Below, one piece after another: positions 50,361 through 64,000 of a stretch of 64,000 nucleotides of DNA. Origin of the DNA: Lama guanicoe (taxonomy: Eukaryota); NCBI GenBank assembly GCA_013239625.1, contig MU053365.1:1088115-1152114 (forward strand), read 5' to 3'. The notes under the pieces are model-generated. The model did not search any database, was not told the origin of the DNA, and saw only the letters and a program-made list of their open reading frames with translations. Both the position numbers and the translations under genes were made by a program. Each line of letters opens with the position of its first letter. The stretch's first letter is position 1.

Positions 50361-51019
50361 CAGCCTGTCTCTTTTTTCCCCTCAGAGCTTGGAAATAACT
50401 TCAGGCTAGCACTTTACCTTGTAACTTTATATACCCCACAGAGCCTGTTAACCCAATGAGGGCTCAGGAAATGTTAGTTGACTTTTATGTTTACAGAGCT
50501 TTCACTTTCTAAAGACCTAAAAACTATCCAAGGAAAAGAAATAGGAATGCTCAAAGCTGAAAGAGTTAAGGACAGAAATCCAAAAAACAAAGAAAGAGAA
50601 AGATCTGCATATAATATTATGAAGAGGTAATGACAGATACATATTCCTATCCTCAGCTCAATGCCAGGTACACAAGAGGATACTGGGCCCCTGATAGTAC
50701 TACTTAGCTATACAGAGCAATGGGTTCTGAGCATGTGGAGCCCAGAGATAAATAAACCTGCCTTTGACATGATGACTCTGAAGGTAATACTCACTTTTCT
50801 CCCCTAAAACTACATTACTAGGTTGTCACTGAGCTCCTCTAGGTGAGACAGATATGGAACAAATAAACATCTTTTTCTCAATTAATCATAAAAAAGTCTC
50901 CAGACATAAATGAAACAGTGAAGGCCAAAATATATTTATATGATTTACCTAAGGCCTCTTTACATTGCAGTGCTGTTAACTGTAGTCTCAAAAAATAATA
51001 ATAACTGAAACAACTACAT

Positions 51020-51330
51020 AGTTCTCAGTCCCTTGGGGCTAGATGTGTTTCAGAACGCAGAACATTTTGGATTTTAGAAAGGTAGTATGACATGATATAC
51101 TGTATATTACATGACACTCTCATGGGGTTTCGGGCAGCATCCCTTGATCAAATACAGTAATATTTCTATAACAAAATATATGAATATTCACTCGAAGCAT
51201 TAAATAATGACTAGAAAGTGCCTCAGGCCAGGTCAGAACAGGTTTTGCTGTCAAATGAGTTAGGAAAAATGGCTTCAGGTTGGCAGAACTTTATGAATTT
51301 CAGAATTTTAGATAAGAAATTGGAGACTTA
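51020..51330. mobile_element. Tigger-family MITE (MER46C-like)
   Basis: cttggggctagatgtgtttcagaa...ttttggattttagaaaggta...ggttttgctgtcaaatgagtta...tttcagaattttagataag. Confidence 0.65.
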
Positions 51331-54307
51331 CACTTTCTTTTCTAATGCTGTGACTTCAATATATCTTACTTCACATAATTAAAATGACTATGTTATCTTT
51401 ATCCATAGATTTTACTTTAAATTTAATGATGTACATTTCACTTTAATTAACAAAGAAAAATGCAACACAGCCTTACTATTTTAAAACCCATTGCACTGGT
51501 TTAGGTTGCAGAGGACGTGGTTTTAGGTTCAGCCTTCTAACATTCATTACTGAGATCCAAAGTTACATATCCTACCCAATATCTAATGAGAATATCCAAG
51601 GGGGAAGGTAGGGGTGAGATGATCCGTTCAGTGTCCTAGAGGTAGTTTTCTTCTTTTCATATAAAATGTCATATATTGTGGCCAGCATACTCATATTTGA
51701 AATATACAGATCCTATGCTCATTCACTCACTGATATATTTGCTCATTTATGAAATAAACACTATTCTAAACAGTAAGACATAAAGATGAGTAAGACATGG
51801 GATCTGCCTTCAAGGAGGTTAAAATTTAGAAGGGAAGGCAGGTTATACAGGCTGATAATTATATCACACTGAGATAATTCAAGTAGAGGTAAGCAGAGGT
51901 TAGGAGGAGGCAAACAGGAAGAAGCCTGACCCAATCTGGGCAGGAGGTTGGGTTAAGCTTCCCAGAGGAGGTGACATCTAATTTGAGGTCTGCATTCTTA
52001 GTGGAGTGAGCCAGATAAAGAAGAGTGGAGATGGGGAGATACATAAGAGCATTTCAATCAGTGGGTAGGTACACTGTGTGCAAAGCTCAGGGTTGTGAGT
52101 CAGCATGTTGTCTATAAGCATCAAGTGGAGTGGTGTGGCTGGAAACACTAAGTAGGCCCACTGGGAATTTCTAGTGATACAGATCTATACAGTTGTGAGA
52201 CTATTTTCCCTCTAGGAATTCCCAGGAACCTAGATCTAGGGGCAGAGAAGTGGTATGGATTCAATTACAATGAAACAAAGGAGCTGGAATGAATGGACAT
52301 CAGGCAATAGGGTTCAGAGTAGATAAAGAAATCAGATGATGCTAAAAAGACAGAAGACCAGGGAAAAAGAGAGTTAATGGGTTTGGAGATCTCAGTGAAA
52401 ACAGGAGTAGTAAAGAAAGTAAAAACCTAGAGGACAAGGCACCTATGGTCAAAGATTAAGGTTTTGAAGTTTAAGATTTCAGGGACTCATAGGTTCAGTT
52501 TTCGATGAATGACAAGGTTCAGGACATGGGCATAAAAATGGGTGGCCAATGCAGAATGCAGGTGAGATTCCTCAGAATTGAGCACTCTGAGGCTATGGGC
52601 TTAGATGGCTTATAACATGGACAGTGAGGCTGTCTAGGAAGACGACCAGATGGAGAAGAACACTATACCGAGCAAGTGTCTGGACCAAGTAGGAGCTCAA
52701 TAAATATTTGCGGAAAGAATGAATGAATAAAGGGTTGAACTGGAGAATGTAGTGCAGTTCCAAATGGTTTGCATACCACATTCACTTGGGGTGCTTTAAA
52801 AATAGAAATTTCAGGACCAAATTCCAGATTTATTAAATAAGAATCTCTTGGGTAGAGCCTGACAATCTGTATTATTAAATATTCCCAAGGTTACTTCCAT
52901 AGAAGCCATCTACAGACCACAGTTTGAAAAACACATGGTCTAGTGGGCTGATTTTTCCATGTTTCTTAAACTCTAATTCATTAATATTAATATAAATATA
53001 AATTCTTTAAGATAGTTAAAGAATGCAACATCAGTTTTATAGCTAGGAAAATTTATGTTTAACTCATCACAAGGACAGTCATAAAATCCATAGAAATGGC
53101 TAAGTAGATTATTCTAGTCATTATTTACTGAGTTGCTCACCACATGGTTGCTCACCACATGGTCTAGAGATCAGAGGTTCTTAAACCTGAGTATACATGA
53201 GAATCACTGTTGGGCCTGCTGAAACACAAATTACTGAACTTTAAACCCAGAGTTTCTGATTCAGTATGTCTGGGATGGGGCCCGAGAACATGCATTTCTT
53301 ACATCCTTCAAAGGGATGATGATGATACCTGTGTAGAGACCCCATTTTGTCATCCACAATTTCAGACTCAAAAAAAAATGAAGCTTAGCCCCCTGTCCTC
53401 ACAGAAGTTACAATTTAGCCAAAGAAAACCAGTAACAGGAAACAAAGGATAATTACATGTTAGATAATGTGGATAAGAATACAGGTGCAAAAAGAGGTTT
53501 CAAAGAATGAGACAACATTGGGATCTGGAACAGTTGCAGAATACTTCATGGAAGAGTTGGGGAAGCTGCAATTTGAAGGTCAGAAGTAATTTAAATAAGT
53601 GAAGAGGATGAAGAATAATAATCCCAAGATCTAGGAGCAACGTGGGCAAAAGAAGAGAGGCAAGAATAAAACCTGGGGTATGCCAAGAAAAGTAAAGACA
53701 ATTCCCTGGCTAGAGCAAAAGATACATGGAATGTTGTAAGAAATATTATTGGAGTTATAGAATGAGGACAATATAGATGACTTTGAAAGCCACAGCCCTT
53801 TGAGTGGACTTGAAGCAACACGATGCTCGTATTTTGATTGACATTTATTTTCTTCCTATTTCCTATAGTAGAAAGAGCATGATCTGATTCACCTTTTTGC
53901 CCTTCACAGACCTAACAGAAGGCCTGGAATCCAGATATTCTTGAAAGCATTAGAAGTTCAGAAATGATACAATGAAATAAAGTAATGCTATTTTAAGAAG
54001 ATAAATCTGGCAGGATATTACAGGATGGATTAGAAGGAGGGTAGATTAGGAGTCCAAGTATATGTCCAAATTAGCTTGGTAAGCATCCTTACTCATTCCC
54101 TCCTTCCTAAGGGCACAGCTATACATTCCTACTGAAGTGCCAGGAAACTTCCCCAGGACCTAACTCCCAGCCATCTTCCAAACCCCGCTTACAGCGCCAT
54201 CCCAGTTATTGTCTCTCATGGATGAATTCTTTGGATTGGACATAACCATCCCAAAGCCCTCCTCGGTTCCTAATCCTGCCTTTACTCTCAGATGCTAGCT
54301 AGCCTTG

Positions 54308-54721
54308 TGTTATGGACTGAATGTGTCCTTAAAATTCATGTTTAAGCCCTAACTCCCTATGTGGTTGATTTTGAGGATGGGATCTCTAAGAATTAATTAA
54401 AGTTAAATGAGTTCATAAGGGTGGGGCCTTGATTGGTAAAATTAATGTCATTATAAAAACTAAGTTTTTAGTTTTTTTGCTAAAAACCAGAGAGCTTGCT
54501 CTTTCTATTCCTCCTCTCATATATATCATGGAAAGGCCATGTGAGCACACAGAGGGGAGGTGGTCATCTGCATGCCAGGAAGAGAGTTCTCACCAGAAAC
54601 CAAATCAGCTGGCATCCTAATCATGGACTTCCAGCCTGCAGAACTGTGAGAAAATAAATGCCTTTCATTTAAGCCAACAGGGCCATGGTATTTGTCATGA
54701 CAGCCCTAGCAGACTAATACA
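54308..54721 (+). mobile_element. MaLR solo LTR (MLT1A-like) in FMR1NB intron
   Basis: TGTTATGGACTGAATG...GACTAATACA termini, internal AATAAA, TSD ccttg/tcttg. Confidence 0.88.
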
Positions 54722-57700
54722 TCTTGGTTCTCTTTTGCTCCTCTCCTGAAGCCACTTATTTAGGACAGCAGTTGACAACATACAAGGCCTGGACTAAGCT
54801 GTGACTATAAAATATAAGAAGAGGTAAATCCCAGACTCATTGCAAAGGAAACAAACAAACAAAAAAGACAAGGAGACCAAAAGAACAGAATTACATATTA
54901 AGGATAAAAGGAAAGTTAATAGTCACATATGATTCCAAGGTGTCTAGTCTGGAAGACTAAAAAAATCACTGACAGAAATGACAGGTGTCAAAGAGAGATG
55001 ATTTGGGGAAAAAAGAAGTTAAGTTTTGCACATGTTCTACTAACTACATTTTTCACTAAAAGAACATCTAATTCATGAGGGCAGTTGGAATATAAAACAG
55101 ATAGAGGTGAGGATTTCAGAATGTACATTTAAGAGTCATTTATCCAGAGAAACCCAGAACATTACGTTCAGAAAGGGCTGTAGAAATTACCTAACTCAGT
55201 TCTCTGATTTTATGAGAAAATCAATACCAAAAGAAGTTAAGCTCACTATAAAACTGGTAGTAAAGGTAGAACTAGAACACAGATCTTTTAAAATATTCTT
55301 TCTACTACATACTTGTAATATTCTCTAGTAGATGAGAATAAGGCTTTGGGAAACAACCACAGTTGGGAAAACAAAGAAAAGCAAACTGAGATGGATCAGA
55401 ATGGTAAGGGGAACAATGAAATCCAAGGAAGGAAAGTTTCAAGAAGGGATCAGTCAACAATGTGACAAAAGGTCAAGTTGGATGGGGATTGAGAAAAGGC
55501 CACTGCATTTTGCAATGAGGTTATTAGTTACTTGGAAAGAAACTGTTCTTTTTAATAGTGCCTAATATTCCAGAATTCTCTAAAATGCTGCCCCTGGAGT
55601 CCTTGCAACAGGAACACCTCAGACACATAATCCGCATATAATGATTATTTTAGTAACTAAATTACCTTGAACAGGGTCCAAGAAGAACTAGCTTTATGTG
55701 AATTTCAAATCTATAGTGATTCACGTCAGAGCAGAGTTCTAGTTTGCTCACATTTCCATCTGATCATATTTTATCAAAGTTTTTAAAGCCCAGCCATACT
55801 TTTAAAATTTACAGACTTTTATTTCTTTTCTCTGAATTCATATGTATGTAATCCTAGGAACTTCAAACCTTTTAGCAGTTGGCTAATTACTGCATACACC
55901 TTTTCAAAGTAACATTACTAATTACATTGTATGGTATAATGAAACACACAAACATGACGATTTGAAAATGTAAATGCCTATTTTTTAAATTCAGTGAGTG
56001 ATGACTTTTAGGCAATTTTTGACACATTTATTCCCAATTCTTCACCTCCCATTCTAAGAAAGTAGGTGGTATTAAGACTATCTACATAATGAAAACCACG
56101 TTATAATACAGAGAATTATACAGCAGGATTTGTCTAAAATGTAGAAATTTTCAGTAATAGCCATATGGCAAGTAGCAACATTGAAAGTGTATGGGGGATA
56201 TGCCATTTACATCATCTGTCTATCAGATGATCTACAATCTTAAAAAATACAGCTTTTTTTATTAGTTGAAAGAAAACACAGTCTTGTCATTTTCAGACTG
56301 AGTTCTGAATTCTTTCTTAATTCAAAGTTACAAATTCAATCTGATAGGAAGAAAAGGAACATGAAAATGCACTTCATCTGGATTTAATAGGCATGGTATT
56401 ACAGTGTTTGAATTTTCCACCTTACCAAAGCTATGTATATACTCAAGTATCATATCACTATATAGTATACAGATCTTTTACTGGCATATACATACAGATT
56501 AAAGTTTATATAAAAACAGATAAATATTAGAAGCTGATTTTTGCACTTGACCCTACTGTTATTAGCACTCTATTACTATAACAGGAATAGTTCAGCGATC
56601 CCCCTCCTCCTCTCTCCCCCTAGAGTACCCTCCCCTGCTTCCTTTTGTCCCAATCCACCTGATCTTTTCCTTCCTTCGTCTCTACATAAGTCTTAAGCCT
56701 ACCAGTGACACTTGAACCTAATGAGGCTTCCGATCACTATTAATGAGAATAAAAATAGACCTTACATAACCTTGAGGACATAATGAATTTCAAAATGCAT
56801 CTTATATGCAAGTTTAATAAGGCTATTAGTAGCAAATTCTTAGAAAGCTTTTCACTAATGCTCCCTACTCCCTTTTGTATATGTGAACCAGTTCAAGCTG
56901 GCTTGAGTTCTCTGTGTACCTGGTTTATATCACACCTGAATTCAAGTCAAGTAGAAGTAAATCAGAGATTCAGTTATAGATTATTAAAGTGGCAAAGTTT
57001 AGCCCCTTCTGCTTAGGAATGACAAACATTTAAGGGGTCTATAGTAAGGAGACTCCAACTGGATGTAATTAATTCTGAGGAAGGATCCCCGCCCCACCTA
57101 ACCCAAATCTTGTCCTCCCTTCAAAACTCAGCTCAAATAGCACCTCCACCATGGAGCCCATTCTGCCCTCTCCCATTCAACCTGATCCCCATTGCCTCAG
57201 AACTTTTATAAGCTATTGCCACCACTCATTTTAGTCCTATATTCCATCTTATACTGTTACTTAATATGTCATGCTTGGGATTTATTTTAAGGTAGATTTA
57301 AGCTCCTTAAAACCAGAACCTATTTCTTACACATTTCTGTATCCTGCACAATATCTAGTACAAGCAAACAGTGACTAAATATGGTCAACTGTAGAAAGCA
57401 TGAATTAGGCACTAAAAGAATAAAATGCATTTGTCTCTGGAAAGTGATTATCCTCTTCACCTAAACTGTTTTCGCTTCTTCCCCCTACTCGTATTATTTC
57501 TCATTTTTCATCCCTCCAACTTTTGCCAGTTTTTAGCTCCCTAGGTGACCTGTAAATACAAGGCACTGTCCAAACTGCAGGAGTTGAGGAATGTCAAAAC
57601 ATCATTTGTTTTGGCTTAAGACTGAAGGTCAAAAAAGGAGAGCTACAACAGCTTTTTCCTGAAGGAATGTATATTTAATGTATAGGAAAGGATCCAAACA

Positions 57701-58022
57701 GGAGGAGGAGCTTAAGAGTATCTTTCAATGCCTCAAGTGTTCTTCCAACAAAGAGGCCCAGATCATGTTACTGTAGATCTACATTTGACTTCAGGTCCCC
57801 CTGATTTAGACAAACAACTGTGTTTGGCTTCTTTCTTTTCTTTTTTCTAAACCAGTACACACTGATTTTACTGCAGCATCTATTTCCCTTTTATGGGATT
57901 ACTTATTTTACCTACTGTAATATTTTATCTCTCTCTTTATTCTTTGAAATGGAGAATAGAAAGTGAGTGAAGGGGATAGCTCTAAAGAGATACCCTGCCC
58001 CCCCAAAAGGGGGGTTTAAGCT

Positions 58023-58145
58023 GGGGAGGGTATAGCTCAAGTGGAAGAGTGCATGCTTAGCATGCATGAGGTCCTAGGTTCAATCCCCAGTACCTCTTCT
58101 AAAAATAAAGAAATAAACAAACCTAATTACCTCCCCTCCCCACAA
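58023..58145 (+). mobile_element. tRNA-Ala-derived SINE (Vic-1 type, camelid) in FMR1NB intron
   Basis: GGGGAGGGTATAGCTCAAGTGGAAGAGTGCATGCTTAGCATGCATGAGGTCCTAGGTTCAATCCCCAGTACCTC head with A-rich tail. Approximately 15-bp TSD aaaaggggggtKtaa at 58005-58019 and 58146-58160. Confidence 0.9.
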
Positions 58146-60057
58146 AAAAGGGGGGTGTAACAGGTTTTGGCCTCCACTTAAACTCTTTGTTTGGTATCAA
58201 GGATAGAATCTTCGTTCCAACACAATTACTCCCCTTGCCTCTAAAATCAGCTTACTAGGAAAAGCTGACAGTGCCACATCCACCCTCAACCATCTATTGT
58301 TCCCAGAAATTCAGGTAAGCAGCAAGCTGAAGCCAACAGCTGCTCTGAGGTTACAACAAACAGCTCAGGATGACTGAAGTAAAATACCACTGTTACACAA
58401 AATAGCAAAGTAAGTAAATATAAATAAACACATAAATAAATCATAGTAAACCAAAATTTACAGTGTCCAATATATATACTATTCACATTGTTCAAGTCTC
58501 AAGCATTTTCTATTACGTAGAAAGAAGAAAATACATTCTTATCAAGGGATAATCCTCGGGAATTCATTTTAGAGAAAAACCCAGTGTACCTGAATATTCC
58601 CATAAAACTTCTTGGCAGAGGCACAACAGAGAGGCCATAATGAAATTATTACACCAGGCCTATTATACCAGACACTCTAAATTGCATGCCATAATATTAG
58701 CCACAAATTTCTAGCAAATAACATTTCATTCTCACACCCTTCAAAAGCTCAGCTGGTAGAGTGGGGAACTGCAGTGGTAACATTTCATTTTTATTCATGG
58801 GTTATCTTTTATATGAAATCAAGCTCTGGGAGAAAGAAGGAAGAGTCAAAAATTCTACTCGTATTCCCATTCACCTGGGAAAAGAAAGAAAAGAAAGAGG
58901 CCTAGGAATAGAGATTACTCCCTCATTATAGGAAACTAAGTGAAAACTCAGAAAACAATTGACAGTCACATGCAGACTGGAAGAATTGAAAGGCTGTGAC
59001 CCAACAGAGTCTTCAAAATGATCTGAGAAAGTGATGTAAGCAATGAGAAAGTTTAAATCGCTATAGGACTGCCTACCAGGCTAGCCAACTCTATCCACTG
59101 TATTTCTATATTCTTTCAACTATTCATTTATTCAACAAATATATATTGAGTATCCACTATATGTGAGGCATCTTGTTATGAACTGAAAATACAATGATGA
59201 ACATGACAAGGTCATCAGACTCAAGAAAAAGGTACAGAAAAGAAAAAAAAAGACTTAATGATCCTTATGGAAAAGAAGATAACATGTTAGTATAGTCTAA
59301 ATCTTCCAGTGAAATCTAAATAATGTCTTGGAAATTAAAATACCACTTTCTTATTAACTCAAATAAAAACATTAAAGATGCTTAATCTTCAACAGGCACC
59401 TTTTCTTTACCAGAGAGTTCAAGGAGGTAGTTGCTCTCAGGGTTGTGCTAGTGCCGACCCTGCACTTGCACCAACCTGCGAGTGAGTACTTAACTCACCC
59501 CACCCTAGTTCTGGCCCTGCTCTCTACCTCCACACCCATCCTGTCCCAGTAAGCAGGGAGCTATTAAAATAATAATAATAAAAAAGCTTACAAGCATCAT
59601 GCCAACAGCCCACTGGGATTTTGTATAAATTGTTAATAAGAAATCTGATACAAACTGGCTTGAAGACAGACCAAGGCTCTAAGACTCAATAGTACATGAC
59701 CATCTATTAGCTGGGGTCTAACACTTCTGGGGATCTTTCTGATTTGAAGTCAATAACAACCTCCACCCCACACACCCTCAGCTCGCTGATTTATTTTTCT
59801 TTCCAATTGGGATTTTGTTTGATGAGGGAATGTACAGACTATGCAAGAGGATGTCTTAAATTTATTAAAAATTAAAATAACATGCATTGAAGAAATATTA
59901 TAGTAACTCTTCCTTTAGATTTTTCCAAGCTACCTTCTTTTATACAAAAAGGACCCAAACATAATCCCTGTGTTTTTGGAGCTATGAATAAATGTGTCTA
60001 CACAGAAATATCCACGTGTACTCAGCAATCAGCAAATAAAAGTTTATGTTTGCCTAC

Positions 60058-60154
60058 CTCCTCCGGCAAAAAGAGCAGCAATAAATGGGCAGACATCCCA
60101 GGCTGATCATGCTGATCACAACAAACCCAAACATCCGGAACATCTGCGTAGGCC
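60058..60154 (-). CDS. FMR1NB: FMR1NB exon (equivalent to human exon 4), transmembrane segment
   Basis: 97-nt exon, cacCAG|GG ... GAG|GTAGGC, phase 1-2, in frame with the preceding exon. Translates RPTQMFRMFGFVVISMISLGCLPIYCCSFCRR, matching the recalled QMFGLGAISLILVCLPIYC motif. Confidence 0.93.
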
Positions 60155-61534
60155 CTGGTGGTTTAATTATATCCTGTTACTTTTATGACTTAAGCTAGAG
60201 AAGCAAATCTGAGCTCTTTCATAAAGTCTTTATAAAAAAACTATCAGTTAATAAAGTAAAATAAGGAGGTATTTCTATACGACAGGTAAATCCTTGGTAC
60301 CCTGTAAGGAGCAGGAATTAATGAAATGTTCTTGAAATACAACTAAAGGTTACTTACACTTGAAGTATGTTCCCCCCAATGGAAGCATTAACAAAATGAT
60401 TTCACTGTTTTTGTTAACAGATTATTACAATTGATACTATATATGTTTCTTCCTATGGCCTCAGCATGTTTTTCCCTTGGCCATATGTTATATATCCCAG
60501 GATACTCAGGGAGTATCAAAATGCAATTAATCTATGAATAGTTAACTTGATAAAGGAATGGCTTCTTAAATGTCTGCTTCCAAATTATAAAACATTATAC
60601 TAAATGAGAAATCAAGAATTTGCAGGCGAGTAAGCATGTTTTATTCTTATATTCATTCAGAAATGCATTCTAATATGATTGGGGAGTTCTAAGTCATGGT
60701 TCAATTTTTTTTCTCGACAAGAACCAAATGTCTCTTCACACATAATATAAAGACTAAACTGATGAATGAATTATAAACACCATGTGGCAGTGTTAAAACT
60801 GTAATACTATATTCATGATCAGGTTTCAGTTTCCATTATTAATACTAGATGTTCAACAAAGAGCTGTAAATTGAATAGGGACTATATTAACCTAAGACAC
60901 TATTTTGCATGCATCCTTTTTGTAGCATTTGTTAGTGTTTAATCATATCAAATACATCCATTAAGGGACCAACTGGTAATATGTCCCCACCATCCAAATG
61001 AAGGAGCAAAAACAGATGGTGTAGTGCTCAAAACATTGTAAAAAAAAATATTAAGAGAAGAACCTAACTCAAAAACAAAAGAACAAAGAGAGGAACTAAT
61101 AAACAGACCTTAACAAGAAACATTCACATCTACTGTTACATACTGAGATGCTAAAGATAAGTGAGAAGAATTCTACTCAGGGAGAGAAGGTGGGAAGAAA
61201 CAAGGAAGCGAGGGCATGCCTCACTGGTATCTTCTCCCAGGCACTGAGAGTTACATCTCATAAAGCCTGGAATCTATGGGCCAAGACAGTGACTAAAGCA
61301 AAAAGAAAGATGAGATTAACTTCAAACTGCCATAGTCACATCTACGGGCTAAGCAGAAAGGGCTTATGAATAGAGGCCCGACCACCTCAGGACTTTATAT
61401 AGACAGCACTGCTCTAGGGCTGGGAGCTTCCTTTAAGTGTCAAGCTGAGAGATTCAAATTTAACTTATGCTATTGTGACCTGTTTATTTAATTTTTAAAA
61501 TAGGAATATAATAAGTGTAAGAAGATGAACTTAC

Positions 61535-61675
61535 TATCTTTTAGTGGGGCAAAACAGCTGAAGTTACTGGTCTTGACTGACGAATAACAGCATTTATTTC
61601 TCAAACATTCACTCTCATTAAAATCTTGCAGCTTATTGCAAGGCTTCACCACCTGATTCTCCTTTGGAATGCATG
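61535..61675 (-). CDS. FMR1NB: FMR1NB internal exon (equivalent to human exon 3), P-type/trefoil-like Cys domain
   Basis: 141-nt exon, acceptor ttttgtttctaaaAG|CA, donor GATA|GTAAGT, phase 1-1. Translates xCIPKENQVVKPCNKLQDFNESECLRNKCCYSSVKTSNFSCFAPLKD with six Cys, matching my recall of human FMR1NB (KENQVAKPCNELQDLSESECLRHKCC...CFAPFRD). Confidence 0.95.
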
Positions 61676-62969
61676 CTTTTAGAAACAAAATGCAAGAAAG
61701 AGAATTCAGCATGGTTAATAAGCACTTTCCCTAATTAAATAATTGCTGCAAGACAGAAAAAAGAAAGAAAAGCAAACACTTAAACTGGTACATTAAAAGA
61801 AAAAATTGAATGACATATACAAACAGTAATGAATGCTGAAAAAATAAGAGTTAGAGTAAAAATTACCACAAAGTTATTTAACATCACATTTTCAATCCTA
61901 GATGAACTGCAGAAAAACAAAAATTGTTAACAAATCATTGGTAAGGTAGTTTTAAAATGGCTATAAACATAAGCTGAGTAATAGTGATACAAATATAACA
62001 CAGAAGGGGCTAAATAACAAGAACAGGCCAAATGCCCTTAAAACTAAGACCTTGTTAAAGTAATGCCACAGATATCCTTTCTCTCAATTTTACTAAGCTA
62101 CAGGAAACACATTGAATCCATCAGTGAAAATGAATACAAGGAAAATTCACACAGTTCACTGCTAGAGAGTAAAGTAAGTGATACTACTGGTATTAACCTA
62201 CTTTTTGTGAACACTTATCATACTCGCACTGCAATATGTTTTAAGATTCTTCCTTTTGGCCTTAAGTTATGACTCTATAATTTTGAATAGGCAATGATTT
62301 ATGGCATGAATGCCAAGGTTCATGCAACTGCAATAAATTCATACATATTTGAATCTGTAAGATTCACAAGCTCAAACAGCTGATTTTTAAAACATTATGC
62401 TTTTTATGAGAAACAAATGGCAACAAAAAAGGCAGAAAACAGATTTTTATTCAAAAAGAAAACCTCTACAGTATGGCTTAAGGACAGCATAGATCCAGTT
62501 CAATCTCCAATACTACCAACAACTACAGACTTAGAAAAGTAATTAAATGATGTTTTATGATCACTTTAAAGTACTTCAGCATCAGCAAAGAACAATATAA
62601 TGGGTATAAGCGTATTTTTACCTCTTGGTATATTTTATTATATTCCTCTTCTTTAAAGATTGGCAATCCCTGAAGCTAAGGTAAAAATAATAACAGCTAC
62701 CATTCATTAGTCACCTGTTTGGGCCAGGTACCCTGCATTACACACATTATTTCTAATTTTCACAACAAACTCTCAAAATTAGTTTATAACTTCCATTTTT
62801 AAAATGAAGAAATAAAGGATCAAAGTAACTTGTGCAAGGTCACAAATTTAATGTATTACCAGTTGGCCTGGATATTCATTTCCCAAACATTTTAGACATG
62901 TGAGAGCTTAGCCTACTTTGTTGTTACACTCTAAGCAATCTGTTCTTCAATTCTGCCAGGCCCAGAGCG

Positions 62970-63225
62970 ACTCTCCTCTCCAGGTTGGACTGCATCTGGA
63001 ATACCATGTTCAGTCCTGGACATCATACACTCAGAAAAGGGTGACAATTGTCAGGGCCTGGTCAGAGATCAGATGAACCTCTTCCTATGTGCTAAGTTCC
63101 TCACTACTGGTATTGTTCAAAGACCACTTTCCAGGAATGAAAAATCATACAAAACATTTTAAATCATATGAGAGACAGAACTACATGATCTCTAAGGTCC
63201 CTTCTAATGCTGGGCTTCTGTTATT
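62970..63225 (+). mobile_element. L3/CR1 3' remnant
   Basis: catctggaataccatgttcagtcctggacatc and gatctctaaggtcccttctaa resemble CR1/L3 3' blocks. Confidence 0.5.
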
Positions 63226-64000
63226 TTACACTTAAATTGCATCTGATACACTTTATGCCAAATACTAAAATTAACTTTCAGATTCAAGTTACTAAGAGAC
63301 ACTTGTAATTTTGAAGAATAAAAAGGGTAGAACAATTTTTATCAGATTTAAGTATCTAATTTTGTCCAGAGGAAGAAGGATCACGTGACCTCTCAAGCTT
63401 CCCTGCCAATTTGTCTCAGGTTACCATTTTCATCTGCAAGAGATGAATCTGTTACTAATAAAAGCCTAATGACATGAGGACAGTCTTTTTTTTTTTAGTG
63501 CTTAAGTGGGAAGAGTATTCATTTTAAATTATACAGGGGAAGAAATAAATTGGTTAAAAGTACTTCACATTTTATGAACTTGTAGTTATTCTTTTCAAAG
63601 AACACAGTATATACATTTTATAAATATTTTGAAAGATTTGAATCAACCTAGGTGAGATGTTTCTCTTAAAATGGAACAGTTTGATTTTGTTGGGTAAAAA
63701 CATCATTTCATAAATTGATTTTTGACTCAACTTACTGCACCAGGTTGGAGGAGTATTTCAGAAATGCAGATATCTTATCTAGACTATCTTTAAAGGTGGC
63801 TTCAGTGTTTGTATAATGTAGTTGTTATAGGTAACTATGGGACAGTTTACATCTGCTATCTTTTTAAGCTCTAAAGCTTAAATCATTAGTTGTTGTTTAT
63901 GACCAACTCCAGCACTCAGTAAACCATTCTTTTAGCTTCACAAAATACCACCTTATCAGATTTCTCTTTCTCCACTCAATTTGACCATGGAGGTATTTTT

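Noticed and set aside
53132..53161. 15-bp tandem duplication (gttgctcaccacatg x2); similar 22-bp pair at about 28697-28738
   Set aside because: Two-copy local slippage duplications with no spacer structure; not CRISPR-like or otherwise informative.
58023..58095. tRNA-Ala(AGC)-like sequence (also 49715-49786)
   Set aside because: Imperfect acceptor stem, SINE tail and TSD indicate a Vic-1-type SINE, not a tRNA gene.
59438..59519. Two adjacent hairpins in an FMR1NB intron, possible miRNA
   Set aside because: Stems are too short for a pre-miRNA. CAGGG...CCCTG ends and ccctagttctggccctg point to a hAT-Tip100 MITE remnant. The Xq27 miR-506-family cluster lies on the other side of FMR1.
61488..61712. 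74-aa ORF as a stand-alone gene
   Set aside because: It is an FMR1NB internal exon plus intronic read-through; splice sites define 61535-61675.
61700..64000. Search for FMR1NB exon 2
   Set aside because: No matching coding segment seen; upstream exons are presumably beyond the window end.

Overview
Mammalian, AT-rich, repeat-dense DNA, most likely camelid: it holds two tRNA-Ala-derived SINEs of the Vic-1 type. The only gene I can support is the 3' part of FMR1NB (FMR1 neighbor) on the minus strand. Four exons (61535-61675, 60058-60154, 49024-49169, 47555 to ~47400) splice in frame with GT-AG boundaries. They encode a 6-Cys P-type/trefoil-like domain, a transmembrane helix and a basic-then-acidic tail ending ...EKEETKALFSH*. 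By eutherian synteny this should be the X-linked FMR1-FMR1NB-AFF2 interval, with 1-47400 downstream intergenic sequence. That part holds two young L1 3' ends, older L1M/L2/MIR/L3 pieces, a MER21-type ERV-L provirus remnant, MaLR LTRs, hAT/Tigger DNA transposons, a probable MER121 conserved element and a 673-N assembly gap. Almost all short ORFs in the track are repeat-derived or chance. I see no clearly new biological system. The best leads are a possible fossil or alternative terminal exon downstream of FMR1NB (44060-45139), an isolated strong 39-nt exon candidate (13905-13943), and structural oddities in the ERV-L remnant. Repeat family names come from my recall of consensus sequences, not from a search, and most repeat boundaries are approximate.
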